A DNA stretch of 64,000 nucleotides, taken from positions 2,952,280 to 3,016,279 of the forward strand of contig OZ244861.1 of NCBI GenBank assembly GCA_965221065.1. The letters are read 5' to 3'. The DNA is from Dehalococcoidia bacterium (GTDB lineage: Bacteria; Chloroflexota; Dehalococcoidia; Bin125). Below the pieces are notes generated by a model, which was given only the letters and a program-made list of their open reading frames with translations, did no database searches and was not told the DNA's origin. Both the position numbers and the translations under genes were made by a program. Positions 17,714 to 26,717 of this stretch are shown piece after piece (position 1 is the stretch's first letter; each line of letters starts with the position of its first letter).

Positions 17714-18841
17714 CTAGTCGTGGCCGCCGCGCTCTCCGCCCGAGCCATGTTCGCCGCCTGACTCGCCATTGCCGCCGTGCTCCTCACCGGACTCACCATC
17801 GCCGGATGACTCGCGGCCCTCACCGGACTCGCCGCCTTCACCCGAGTGAGGCTGCGGGCCGGGACCATTGCAGTCGAAGACCTCGAGGTGCACGACGTAG
17901 CCGTCGAACGAGACGCCCGCGAGCCCTGGTTCACTGGCCACCGACAGGCTGGTGGTCACCTCTTGTCCCGGCGCCAGGTCGCCGATCACGTCGGGTCCCA
18001 GCTCGCCCACGGTTCGCGTACCGGATTTCAGGTGCGGTTCCGATTGCACAAAGCAAAGCGTCTCGCTGAGCGTGTTGCGCACGGTCGTGTGGATCGTCCC
18101 CGCAGCCTGGTCGAAGCTGGCGTCCACGGCGATGCCGCCGAGCACACCACTCCAGCGTTCGTCAAGCGCCGTGATCGGGCTCGACATCTCCGCTTCGCGG
18201 CTCTCGCGGCCGGCTTCCCCGTGTTCGCCGCCGCCTTCGCCGCTCCCGACCTCGGCGTGCGTGGTCCAGGATTGGAACGTCTCCGGCGTCGAAGGCAGGA
18301 CAATGTCGAGCGTCTCACCTGGCGCGAGGTCGGTCGGCGTCGTCGGGCCGAGCTCCGCCCCGTTGTCCAGGTGCACTTCGACCCGCACTCGGGTCAGGAC
18401 CGTGTCACTCGTGTTCTCGACGATCCCGCGAAAGGAGTTCGATGCATCATCGAACTTGAGCACCAGCCGTGCCCCGCCGCGGACTTCATCGAACGTGGCC
18501 CCGCGAGCCAGCGCGTCGGCGCGGTTGGCCTCGCCGCCATCGGAGTCGCCCGACTCACGACCGCGCTCGCGCGCTTCGTCGTGTTGGCCGCTCTCGCCGC
18601 CGGATTCGCCCCGACTGCCGTGTTCGCCGCCGGCCTCGCGGCTCTGTTCTCGGTTGCGATCGTGTTCTCCTCCCGATTCGCTTCCTCTCTGTTCGGACGT
18701 TTCCTGGCTGGTCACGGCAGGCTCGTTGCCGCGGCCATCGTCCGCTCCGGAGGCGCAGCCGATCAGGACTGCCCCACCGACCACGGCTCCCAGGATTGGA
18801 CCGATCACGACGGTCCTCTTCAGCAGCTTCGCGAGTGTCAT
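17714..18841 (-). CDS. Lipoprotein with two FxLYD-like beta domains and Gly/Glu/His-rich repeats
   Basis: Lipobox VLIG-C, two homologous domains (ExH...ELGP...DLAPG...HxEV), repeated GGEH/ESG tracts. Confidence 0.75.
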   Translation of the reverse strand: MTLAKLLKRTVVIGPILGAVVGGAVLIGCASGADDGRGNEPAVTSQETSEQRGSESGGEHDRNREQSREAGGEHGSRGESGGESGQHDEARERGRESGDSDGGEANRADALARGATFDEVRGGARLVLKFDDASNSFRGIVENTSDTVLTRVRVEVHLDNGAELGPTTPTDLAPGETLDIVLPSTPETFQSWTTHAEVGSGEGGGEHGEAGRESREAEMSSPITALDERWSGVLGGIAVDASFDQAAGTIHTTVRNTLSETLCFVQSEPHLKSGTRTVGELGPDVIGDLAPGQEVTTSLSVASEPGLAGVSFDGYVVHLEVFDCNGPGPQPHSGEGGESGEGRESSGDGESGEEHGGNGESGGEHGSGGERGGHD

Positions 18842-19115
18842 TGCGCTCTCCTTTCATGAAGATGCTGCGTTGACACTCACAATCGAGACGAATTGTTGCC
18901 GAAATATGTCAGCCCCACGATGAGCCCAGGTGATCCTTACTTGACCGGTTCTGCGTTCCCGTACACCTGTTGCTCACACATCTGTAGGATTCAGTGTGGG
19001 AACGACACGTCAACTCGAGGACGATGCTCGGCGACGAACGGGTCCTGGCCAATCGCCAACGCGCTACGGATATCGCCGACTGGAGCCCACCTGTCGACCC
19101 AGAGCGAACCGGTCC

Positions 19116-19289
19116 ATGTTTGAGTTCTTCCTCATTCTGCTCGTCGTCATATGGCTCGGCTTCGGCGCGGCCGCGCTGGTCCGGCTCAACGGGCATCTGC
19201 ACATCTTGCGATCCGTGGATATCGCCGTCCTGACGCTCGGACCGATGGGCTTGATGATTGCCCTCGCGGCCAGGCTCCGCGCTCAATGA
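19116..19289 (+). CDS. Small membrane protein (57 aa)
   Basis: MFEFFLILLVVIWLGFGAAALV..., two hydrophobic segments. Confidence 0.5.
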   Translation: MFEFFLILLVVIWLGFGAAALVRLNGHLHILRSVDIAVLTLGPMGLMIALAARLRAQ

Positions 19290-19330
19290 AGCGGTAGTGC
19301 TCAACCGCAGGCACGCGTGGGCCGCGGCTT

Positions 19331-20086
19331 CTACGTAACCCCCGAGCGCTGGCCAGCGTCCGCGATTCCCAGCGATTCCGCCAGTGGAGCGACCGGAATC
19401 GCGGCTTGCACCACCGCATGCTCGATCGCCTGTTGCCAGGACTGCGCGACTGGTTCCAGCTCTTCGGCGTTGAATCGACCCTCCCGCATCGCGAATGAGT
19501 CGGCGGGATACACGACCGCATCCACCGGTGGGCCAACGTCGGCCGAGCTCGCCTCGGTTGAGTGAAACGAAAGCATCCCCAGTCGCAGCGCCTCTTCCAG
19601 CGAGGCTTCATAGCGCAGCGCGCGATCAAGAATCGGTTTGCCGAAGCGCGTTTCGCCGATGATCAGATACGGCGTACCCCGCGAGACTTCGACCCAGTTG
19701 CCTTGCGGATACAGCAGATACAGATGCGGCGATTCGTCCTCCGTCAACTGGCTGCCCACGATGCAATGAAGGTCGAAATGCAGGCCGGCCTTGATCAGCC
19801 AGTCGTTGTCCTCGTTGTAGACGCGGCGGATCTCTTCGGCCAGAGCGTTCACGGCCTGGTACGAGCGCGAAATGTGGCTGCCGTTCTGTCGCAGCCGCTC
19901 CTCGAAGTAGGTAATCGCCTTGTCCCGGACCGAACGCAGTCCGCTCGAGAGCACGAACATCGAGTGCCGCTCGCCCTGGTGCACCGCGATCTTCTTCGCC
20001 GTCGAGACCTCCGAACCGCTGGTGATCCGCGTATCGGCGATCGCGACGAGTCCATCCTCGCACTTGATCCCCAGGCAGAACGTCAT
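19331..20086 (-). CDS. Anbu proteasome-type (Ntn) peptidase
   Basis: N-terminal MTFCLGI (Thr nucleophile), ADTR, LYPQGNW, IGETRFGKPILDR. Confidence 0.9.
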   Translation of the reverse strand: MTFCLGIKCEDGLVAIADTRITSGSEVSTAKKIAVHQGERHSMFVLSSGLRSVRDKAITYFEERLRQNGSHISRSYQAVNALAEEIRRVYNEDNDWLIKAGLHFDLHCIVGSQLTEDESPHLYLLYPQGNWVEVSRGTPYLIIGETRFGKPILDRALRYEASLEEALRLGMLSFHSTEASSADVGPPVDAVVYPADSFAMREGRFNAEELEPVAQSWQQAIEHAVVQAAIPVAPLAESLGIADAGQRSGVT

Positions 20087-20087
20087 C

Positions 20088-21065
20088 TCAGCCCCGTTCT
20101 ATCGTCGCTTGTCGCTGTGTCTGGACTCCGCTGGGCTCGGCGCGGAAGACATCGTCCATGATCGCCCGATCGATATCAATCAGTCGTGTCTGGAAGAAAT
20201 CCAGGAACTCGTGCATGCCCTCGTCGATCAGCTGCTCCATATCCTTCACGCCAAGGTCCAGCCGCAACAGGGTGATACCCCGCTCGGCGGCGGCCCGCCG
20301 GCGCTTAGGCGTCTCCGCCGTCGCCTGCTGGAAGTGACGCTGGAGCGCCTGCACGCAGAACGACAGGCTGCGCGGGAACTCCTGCGAGAAGATCAACAAC
20401 GCCGCCACCTGAATGCCGTCGACTTCGCTGTTTCCCATTCGGCGGTACGCCTCCCGCGCCGAAGCCGAGCGCAGCACGGCCGTCCACTGGAAGCGGTCAA
20501 AGGCGCCGCCGACAGAATCTTCACCGGGCAGCAGGATGTGGTACTTCGCGTCGATGATCCGGCTGGTCATGTCCGCCCGCTCGAGATACATCCCGCAGCG
20601 GAACCACTCCCGCCCTTCGTCTCTCAGCACGGTGTTGTCGTACAGCCCGAGGATCGTCTGGGTCCGTCGTTGGGTCTCGCTGCAGAACTCGTGAATGTCC
20701 CTCGCGATGTATTGCTTGCGCAGCGCGAGAAACAGGTAGAGCGCGTTGATCTCCTCCCACACTTCCCGCGAGATGTGTTCCCGCAGTCCCCGCGCCAGCT
20801 CCCGAGCGCGGACGAGTGTCGAGCGCAGCGAGGCCGGGTTGTCCAGCGAGTAGATCAGAAACTCCGAATGGGTCAGAGCCGGAGCATCGACCAACGTGTC
20901 CCAGAAGAGCTGGTTCGACGCCGTCGTGCTGACCAGGCTGTGCCAGATCTCCTGACCGCTCTCGAGCATCACCTCATGCTCCACCCGCGCCATGCGGGCG
21001 ATGTTCTCGGCCCGCTCCAGGTAGCGGCCCAGCCAGTACAGGTTGTCGGCCACGCGACTGAGCAT
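20088..21065 (-). CDS. Alpha-E domain protein (DUF403)
   Basis: MLSRVADNLYWLGRYLERAEN and a second YLERADMTSR motif, FPRS. Confidence 0.93.
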   Translation of the reverse strand: MLSRVADNLYWLGRYLERAENIARMARVEHEVMLESGQEIWHSLVSTTASNQLFWDTLVDAPALTHSEFLIYSLDNPASLRSTLVRARELARGLREHISREVWEEINALYLFLALRKQYIARDIHEFCSETQRRTQTILGLYDNTVLRDEGREWFRCGMYLERADMTSRIIDAKYHILLPGEDSVGGAFDRFQWTAVLRSASAREAYRRMGNSEVDGIQVAALLIFSQEFPRSLSFCVQALQRHFQQATAETPKRRRAAAERGITLLRLDLGVKDMEQLIDEGMHEFLDFFQTRLIDIDRAIMDDVFRAEPSGVQTQRQATIERG

Positions 21066-22525
21066 TAGCCGGGCTCCTCGTTCAGCACCCAGGTGTCCTT
21101 GCTGCCGCCGCCTTGCGACGAGTTGACGATGTACGACCCCGGTCGTAGCGCGACCCGGGTCAACCCCCCGGGAATCACCCAGGTCTCGTCCCCCGATAGC
21201 ACGAACGGACGCAGATCCGCGCGCCGTGCATGGAGTTCGTCGTCCTCGAAGGTGGGGATGGTGCTGAACTCGAGCAGCGGCTGCGCGATCCAGTTGCGAG
21301 GTTCAGCCTCCACCTGCGCGAGCGTCTCCTCGAGTTCCGCGCTGGATGCCTGCTCACCGATCAGCACGCCGTATCCGCCCGAGGCGTTCGCGGGCTTGAT
21401 CACGAGCTCCCGCGCCTGAGCCTGGATGTGGTTCAGCTCGCTGGGAATCAGCGGCGAGTAGGTCTCAACGTTTGGCAGAATCGGATCTTGGTCCAGGTAG
21501 AAGCGAATGATCTCCGGCACCCAGCGGTACACCACCTTGTCGTCGGCGACCCCCGCGCCCGGCGCATTGACCAGGGTCACATTGCCCTTCAGGTAGGCCC
21601 GTATCAGTCCCGGAACGCCCAGTAACGAGTCCTCCCGGTACACCGTCGGATCGAGGAAGTCGTCGTCGATCCGACGGTAGACGACGTCAATGCGCTCCAG
21701 ACCGGTCGTTGACCTCAGGTAGACGTAGTCGTCCTCTCCGACCGTCAGATCCGAACCCTCGACCAGCGGAATCCCCATCTGGTTGCTGAGGAAGGAGTGC
21801 TCGAAGTACGCGGAGTTGTAGATGCCCGGTGTGAGCAGCACGGCGCGCGGCGGGTCGCCGCTGTTCGCTGGCCGCACCGAGAGCAACATGTCCATCAGTT
21901 GGTGGGGATAGTCGGCGACGGCGCGCACGCCCCAGCGAGGGAACAGGTCAGGCACAACCCTGAGCATCACCGTGCGGTTCTCGAGCACGTAAGACACGCC
22001 CGACGGCGTTCGGAGATTGTCCTCCAGCACGACGAATCCGCGCTGCTTGTCGCGGACGAGATCGCAGCCGGCGATGTGGGCGTAGACGCCGAGCGGAGGT
22101 TCGAATCCGGCCATCTCCGGCTTGTAGCCCGGCGAACTCAGGACTATCTCGTCCGGAACCACCCGCTCCTTGAGAATCCGTTGCTCGCCGTAGATGTCCA
22201 GCAGGAAGAGGTTCAGCGCTTGCAGACGCTGCTTCAGCCCCGCCTCCACGCGTGACCACTCCCCCGCTCCGATGACCCTCGGGATCAGCGAGAACGGGAA
22301 GATTCGCTCGGTCCCCTCTTCCTCCGAGTAGACGTTGAAGGTAATCCCGGCGCTCAACAGCGCGAGGTCTGCCCGCTCTTCGCGTTGCTGGTGCTCCTCC
22401 AGCGACCAGCCCTGGAGGACTCCCCCCACTTCTCGGTAGTCGTCTCTGAACGCCCCGGCATCGTCGAACATCTCGTCGTCCGACGCGCCGATGGCCTCGT
22501 AGCCCTGCAAGAGATCATTCGTCAT
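21065..22525 (-). CDS. Circularly permuted type 2 ATP-grasp protein
   Basis: EDNLRTPSGVSY, NSAYFEH, YRRIDD, GVADDK, GGLTRVAL...VNSSQGGGSKDTW. Confidence 0.93.
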   Translation of the reverse strand: MTNDLLQGYEAIGASDDEMFDDAGAFRDDYREVGGVLQGWSLEEHQQREERADLALLSAGITFNVYSEEEGTERIFPFSLIPRVIGAGEWSRVEAGLKQRLQALNLFLLDIYGEQRILKERVVPDEIVLSSPGYKPEMAGFEPPLGVYAHIAGCDLVRDKQRGFVVLEDNLRTPSGVSYVLENRTVMLRVVPDLFPRWGVRAVADYPHQLMDMLLSVRPANSGDPPRAVLLTPGIYNSAYFEHSFLSNQMGIPLVEGSDLTVGEDDYVYLRSTTGLERIDVVYRRIDDDFLDPTVYREDSLLGVPGLIRAYLKGNVTLVNAPGAGVADDKVVYRWVPEIIRFYLDQDPILPNVETYSPLIPSELNHIQAQARELVIKPANASGGYGVLIGEQASSAELEETLAQVEAEPRNWIAQPLLEFSTIPTFEDDELHARRADLRPFVLSGDETWVIPGGLTRVALRPGSYIVNSSQGGGSKDTWVLNEEPG

Positions 22526-22594
22526 GCACGATCCTCATCGGGCCAAAGGCTACCGCAGCGCCGGCCTCGGACCGGGGTTGTCGCGATGCGATCC

Positions 22595-22614
22595 CATCAA
22601 CGTCACATCAACGT
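22595..22614. promoter_or_regulatory. 9-bp direct repeat with 11-bp period upstream of the Anbu operon
   Basis: catcaacgt at 22595 and 22606. Confidence 0.3.
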
Positions 22615-22712
22615 GGGTCCGGATCGAACCGGACAGCGTCGGCCTGAATCGGCGAACCGCTATCCGCGCGACCTGCGCCGCGCTGCCCAACGCCCCCGGG
22701 GTCGGTGCCTCG

Positions 22713-23447
22713 CTAGCTGTCGGTCAATGCTCGATCGGCGCACCAGAGCAACCCGTTGCGGACCAGCCGAGCGAAGGACGGGTGCTCCCACGTGCGCGGA
22801 TCGTGGCCGAGCTGGCTGCAGAACACCCTCGAGTCTCGGTATTGGTGCGTCCAGGCGAGGGTGCGCATCGAGTTCACATTCTCTGTTGTCAGCAGCACGT
22901 CGCAGTCGTCGCCGCAGTCGGCGATCGCGTAGGTTTCGTCCTGGATCGAGAAGTCGGCCAGTCCGGCCGACGCAGGATGCTCGGGATTGACCTCGATCTC
23001 GTAGGTGCTCTCCCACGTGTCGTCGACCTCGATCCGGCGGTCGGGCATCCCGATCGCCTCCGACCACAACCCGCCCGTTCCCCAGTTGAGCAGCGCGTGA
23101 TGCATGACGAATACCGGCATGCCCGAGTCAAACATGCGCTCCAGACTGCTCACCGTCTTCCCGTCGGGCTCGTCGCGCAGCATCGTGTAGAACAGCGTCA
23201 CGTCGTAACCGTCGCGCATGTCCTGGTCGTCCGACGGCGGCTCGGTAATCCCGTGATCGCCGCGCAGGTCGGGTCGGCTAATGCGGTGTCCGTCCTCCAT
23301 GAACGAGTCATTGCCGGCCCCGAACAGCCACTGATCGAAGTGATGCACATAGGCGTCGATGCCGTCGAGTCCGTTGAAGAAATCGATGAACGGCCGCACG
23401 TGGAAATAGTGTCCACCGGTCAGGACAGCGACTTTGAGATTGGTCAT
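22713..23447 (-). CDS. ThuA-like domain protein
   Basis: VLTGGH, VMHHA, HP...DETY, AWT, VFCSQLGH. Confidence 0.85.
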   Translation of the reverse strand: MTNLKVAVLTGGHYFHVRPFIDFFNGLDGIDAYVHHFDQWLFGAGNDSFMEDGHRISRPDLRGDHGITEPPSDDQDMRDGYDVTLFYTMLRDEPDGKTVSSLERMFDSGMPVFVMHHALLNWGTGGLWSEAIGMPDRRIEVDDTWESTYEIEVNPEHPASAGLADFSIQDETYAIADCGDDCDVLLTTENVNSMRTLAWTHQYRDSRVFCSQLGHDPRTWEHPSFARLVRNGLLWCADRALTDS

Positions 23448-23501
23448 GGCAGCATCCGTTTCCTTGATCCTTGCTGCCGAAGGTAGCGATTCCTGCGTGG
23501 T

Positions 23502-23825
23502 TCAGTCGCCGGACCAGTACCCCGGATCGGAAGGGAAGACCGTCGAGGTTCGAGTGATCTCAATGTCGCCCTCCAGCGTGTCCGCCGCCGCCGACCAGAC
23601 GGCGTAGTGCGGCGCCGCGCGGTGCGCGTCGAGCGCCGCCTCGTTCTCGTAGACCTCGTAGAAGTAGTAGGTCAGGTCGTCCGAGGCATCCTGCAGCACA
23701 TTGAATCGGTGGCAGCCGGGCTCGTCTCGCTCCGAGCCGAGGCAGTCAACCTCGATCGCATGCAGGAACCGCTCGCGCCCCTCCGGCTTGACCCTCACCT
23801 TGACCCAGATCGCGATGTTGCTCAT
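23502..23825 (-). CDS. ABM-family (putative quinol monooxygenase / LsrG-like) protein
   Basis: EPGCHRFNV, YEVY, AHRAAPHY. Confidence 0.85.
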   Translation of the reverse strand: MSNIAIWVKVRVKPEGRERFLHAIEVDCLGSERDEPGCHRFNVLQDASDDLTYYFYEVYENEAALDAHRAAPHYAVWSAAADTLEGDIEITRTSTVFPSDPGYWSGD

Positions 23826-23927
23826 GTGCTCCGCTTCCGTTCCTCAATCGTGGCCGTTGCGGGGTTCAGGCTACCCGCTGGGCTGTAGCTTGTTGCCTAC
23901 AGCGAATCCGAGCGGAAGGCGAAGAGG

Positions 23928-24968
23928 ATGAGCAAGCTCTCAGAAGACCCACGCATCGACCCAAGGCTCAAGGCTCTGTTCGGCGAGTTCGATCTCCCGC
24001 CTTCGCCCAACTTCGCCAACCGCGACGAGGTGCTGGCGCAAGCCAACAGTGCCGAGAGCATGGCCATGCGCCAGGGCCTCGCCGACTTCTTCGCCCTCTG
24101 CGACACCGAAGAAATCGCGCCGTCGGATGGCCTGACGATCACGACCGAGACCTTCACCTCGTCGCCCGACGGCAACACGATCAACATCCAACTGATCAAG
24201 CCGCAGGGCAACGGACAATCCGACGGACCGTTACCCGCCGTCTACTACATCCACGGCGGCGGCATGGCCTCAATGTCCTGTTACGACCCCAACTACAGGG
24301 CCTGGGGGCGAATCATCGCCCAGAACGGCGTCGCCGTGGCCATGGTCGACTTCCGCAACTGCGTCACCCCGTCCTCCGCGCCCGAGGTCGAGCCCTATCC
24401 CGCCGGTCTCAACGACTGCGTCGCCGGTCTGAAGTGGGTCTCCGCAAACGCGGAGTCCCTCGGCATCGACGCCTCAAGGATCATCATCGCCGGCGAGAGC
24501 GGTGGAGGAAACCTCACCCTCGCAACCGGGATGAAACTGCTGCGCGACGGCGACATCGGTCTCGTCCAGGGCCTCTACGCGCTCTGCCCCTACATCGCCG
24601 GAAGCTGGCCCCGTGACGACCTGCCCTCGACGATCGAGAACAACGGCATCCTGCTCGACCTGCACAACAACCAGGGAGCGATGGGCTACGGGATCGAGGC
24701 GTTCGAAGCCGAGGACCCGCTGGCCTGGCCGCTGTTTGCCTCGTCAGAGGACGTGATCGGCCTGCCGATGACCGTAATCTCCGTGAACGAATGCGATCCG
24801 CTGCGCGACGAGGGCATCGCCTTCTACCGCCTGCTGCTCGAGTCCGGCCAGCCCGCCCGGTGCCGTCAGGTCATGGGCACGATCCACGGCACCGAGGTTT
24901 TCCCCATGGCCTGCCCGGACGTGTCGAGAGACACCGCCCGCGACCTCGCTGCGTTGGCGATTGGCTAG
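23928..24968 (+). CDS. Alpha/beta hydrolase, hormone-sensitive-lipase family esterase
   Basis: HGGG oxyanion motif, GESGG nucleophile, DPLRDEG, C-terminal HG. Confidence 0.92.
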   Translation: MSKLSEDPRIDPRLKALFGEFDLPPSPNFANRDEVLAQANSAESMAMRQGLADFFALCDTEEIAPSDGLTITTETFTSSPDGNTINIQLIKPQGNGQSDGPLPAVYYIHGGGMASMSCYDPNYRAWGRIIAQNGVAVAMVDFRNCVTPSSAPEVEPYPAGLNDCVAGLKWVSANAESLGIDASRIIIAGESGGGNLTLATGMKLLRDGDIGLVQGLYALCPYIAGSWPRDDLPSTIENNGILLDLHNNQGAMGYGIEAFEAEDPLAWPLFASSEDVIGLPMTVISVNECDPLRDEGIAFYRLLLESGQPARCRQVMGTIHGTEVFPMACPDVSRDTARDLAALAIG

Positions 24969-24974
24969 CCCGAC

Positions 24975-25787
24975 TTAGAACGGCTTGTCGCCCTTGACCG
25001 TGACGCGGATCCCGCTCCGCGACTCCGGGTAGTAGTCCCAGATCGCCATGTGCTGCGTGCAGCGGTTGTCCCACAGCGCGACCGAGTTGGCCTCCCACTG
25101 GAAGCGGCACTGGAAGTTCACGTTCTTCACGTGCTCGTAGAGGAAGCCGAGGATCGCGTCGCTCTCCTCGATCGGCAGCTCGATGATCCGCTTGGTGAAG
25201 CTCGAGTTGACGAACAGCGCCTTGCGCCCGGTCACAGGATGCGTCCGAGCAATCGGGTGCACCGCGCGCGGTGACTCGCGCTGCGGCTTGTGCTCGCCGT
25301 ACTGCCCCGAATAATCGGATGCGTGCAGAGCGGTCAGCGGCTCGAGTAGCGCCTGCATCTGCGACGAGAGCCCATCCCAGGCCGCGTACATGTTCGACCA
25401 GCAGGTGTCCCCGCCCTGGGTCGGGATGCTGTGGATGTGCAGGATCGAGGCCATCGGAGGCTCTTCGTCGGCCGACACGTCGGAGTGCCAGCGTTCGCCA
25501 TTGTTGCGGAACGAGTCCTTGTCGGTGTGGATCCGCATCAGCTCCGGGTTCCCATGCTCGTAGGGCGCAGCCGGATGAATGTGCAGGTCGCCGAACATCC
25601 GCCCGAACGTCAGGTGCTGCTCCGGAGACATCGCCTGATCTCGAAAGAACAGCACGAGGTGCTCCATCCACGCGTCATGGATGAACTGAAAGGTCTCCTC
25701 ATCGATCGGCTGCGTCAGGTCGACGCCATGAACAGTGGCGCCAATCGTCGGCGTCAGCGGTTCAATTGAGATGGCGGACGTGGACAT
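24975..25787 (-). CDS. TauD/TfdA-family Fe(II)/2-oxoglutarate dioxygenase
   Basis: WHSD, GGDT, HPVTGRK, WDNRCTQH. Confidence 0.93.
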   Translation of the reverse strand: MSTSAISIEPLTPTIGATVHGVDLTQPIDEETFQFIHDAWMEHLVLFFRDQAMSPEQHLTFGRMFGDLHIHPAAPYEHGNPELMRIHTDKDSFRNNGERWHSDVSADEEPPMASILHIHSIPTQGGDTCWSNMYAAWDGLSSQMQALLEPLTALHASDYSGQYGEHKPQRESPRAVHPIARTHPVTGRKALFVNSSFTKRIIELPIEESDAILGFLYEHVKNVNFQCRFQWEANSVALWDNRCTQHMAIWDYYPESRSGIRVTVKGDKPF

Positions 25788-25832
25788 AATGTACCTCGAT
25801 GATGCACTGATCTGGCTGAGACGAAGATAGCG

Positions 25833-26309
25833 CTACTCGTCCTCGGGCCGGATCAGCGTGACGGTGCCGTTGACGTAGCTGAGCTCAAAGTCGCCGGGTC
25901 GAATGGCGTCTCGTCCAAAGATGGAGGGCAGAGACCAATTGCCTCCAGGCGCTTGATCTCGTGGGCTCGGTTCTGCCAGCCAAAGCGGCACCTCCAAGCG
26001 AATCTCGGCACCTACTTCGTCAATGAGGATCAGTACGGCGTCCTCAAGCTCCACCGCGTAGTAGCCCGATTCGCCGACGCCTTCGATCATCGTGGCATCG
26101 TCTACGCCGCGAAAGTTTGTCGCGGTCAAACCTGCGCCGAGCAACTCAAGGCTGTCCCTGGGCATGATGCAGGTGACGTCCGAGCCTGTATCGACAAAGA
26201 AATCAAGCTCATGTCGAATCCCGCTCAGTTCGACGATCGCATTGACGAACGGCGCCGGGTTGGCGGGATCCCAGAGCGCGTTCAACCAGCCGCGGACCTG
26301 TCTGGTCAT
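25833..26309 (-). CDS. Clan AA (retropepsin-like) aspartyl protease
   Basis: FFVDTGSD and SIFGRD motifs. ATG 26309 overlaps the upstream stop (ATGA). Confidence 0.8.
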   Translation of the reverse strand: MTRQVRGWLNALWDPANPAPFVNAIVELSGIRHELDFFVDTGSDVTCIMPRDSLELLGAGLTATNFRGVDDATMIEGVGESGYYAVELEDAVLILIDEVGAEIRLEVPLWLAEPSPRDQAPGGNWSLPSIFGRDAIRPGDFELSYVNGTVTLIRPEDE

Positions 26310-26614
26310 CGAGCTTCGGCCGGGGACCGTCCGATCAGCGCTCGCGGGCTTCTCTTGGGCGGCCAAGCCCAATTCATCCCGGCGCGGGTGAAATCGTCAA
26401 GTTTGTTGAGATGGTCAATGAGCGATTGACCGTCGGTGTATGCGACCACCTGATTGCCACCGTAGACGACGATCATGTGATCAGGAAACGCGGCCACTAA
26501 CTCGTCCCGATGCGCCTCCCAGTACTCACGGTTACCCTGACGCTCCGCGCGATGCTCCTCAAGCGTCCAGGAATCCGTCGGCCGACCAGCCTTCGGCTTT
26601 GATTCAGTCGTCAT
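26306..26614 (-). CDS. Small DUF5678-like protein coupled to the aspartyl protease
   Basis: GGAGG RBS, NREYWEAHRDELVAAFPDHMIVVYGGNQVVA. Confidence 0.6.
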   Translation of the reverse strand: MTTESKPKAGRPTDSWTLEEHRAERQGNREYWEAHRDELVAAFPDHMIVVYGGNQVVAYTDGQSLIDHLNKLDDFTRAGMNWAWPPKRSPRALIGRSPAEAR

Positions 26615-26717
26615 CTTCATCCTCCCGATCCCGATTCTAGGGCCTGGCACGCCTGCGGAGCGTCGCCAATCCGCTATCTTTGACGCGCAAACCAGAGCGT
26701 TGGTGAAGGGAACGATC

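Noticed and set aside
18955-19003. Imperfect inverted repeat as a riboswitch or ncRNA
   Set aside because: Weak pairing and no recognisable conserved RNA motif.
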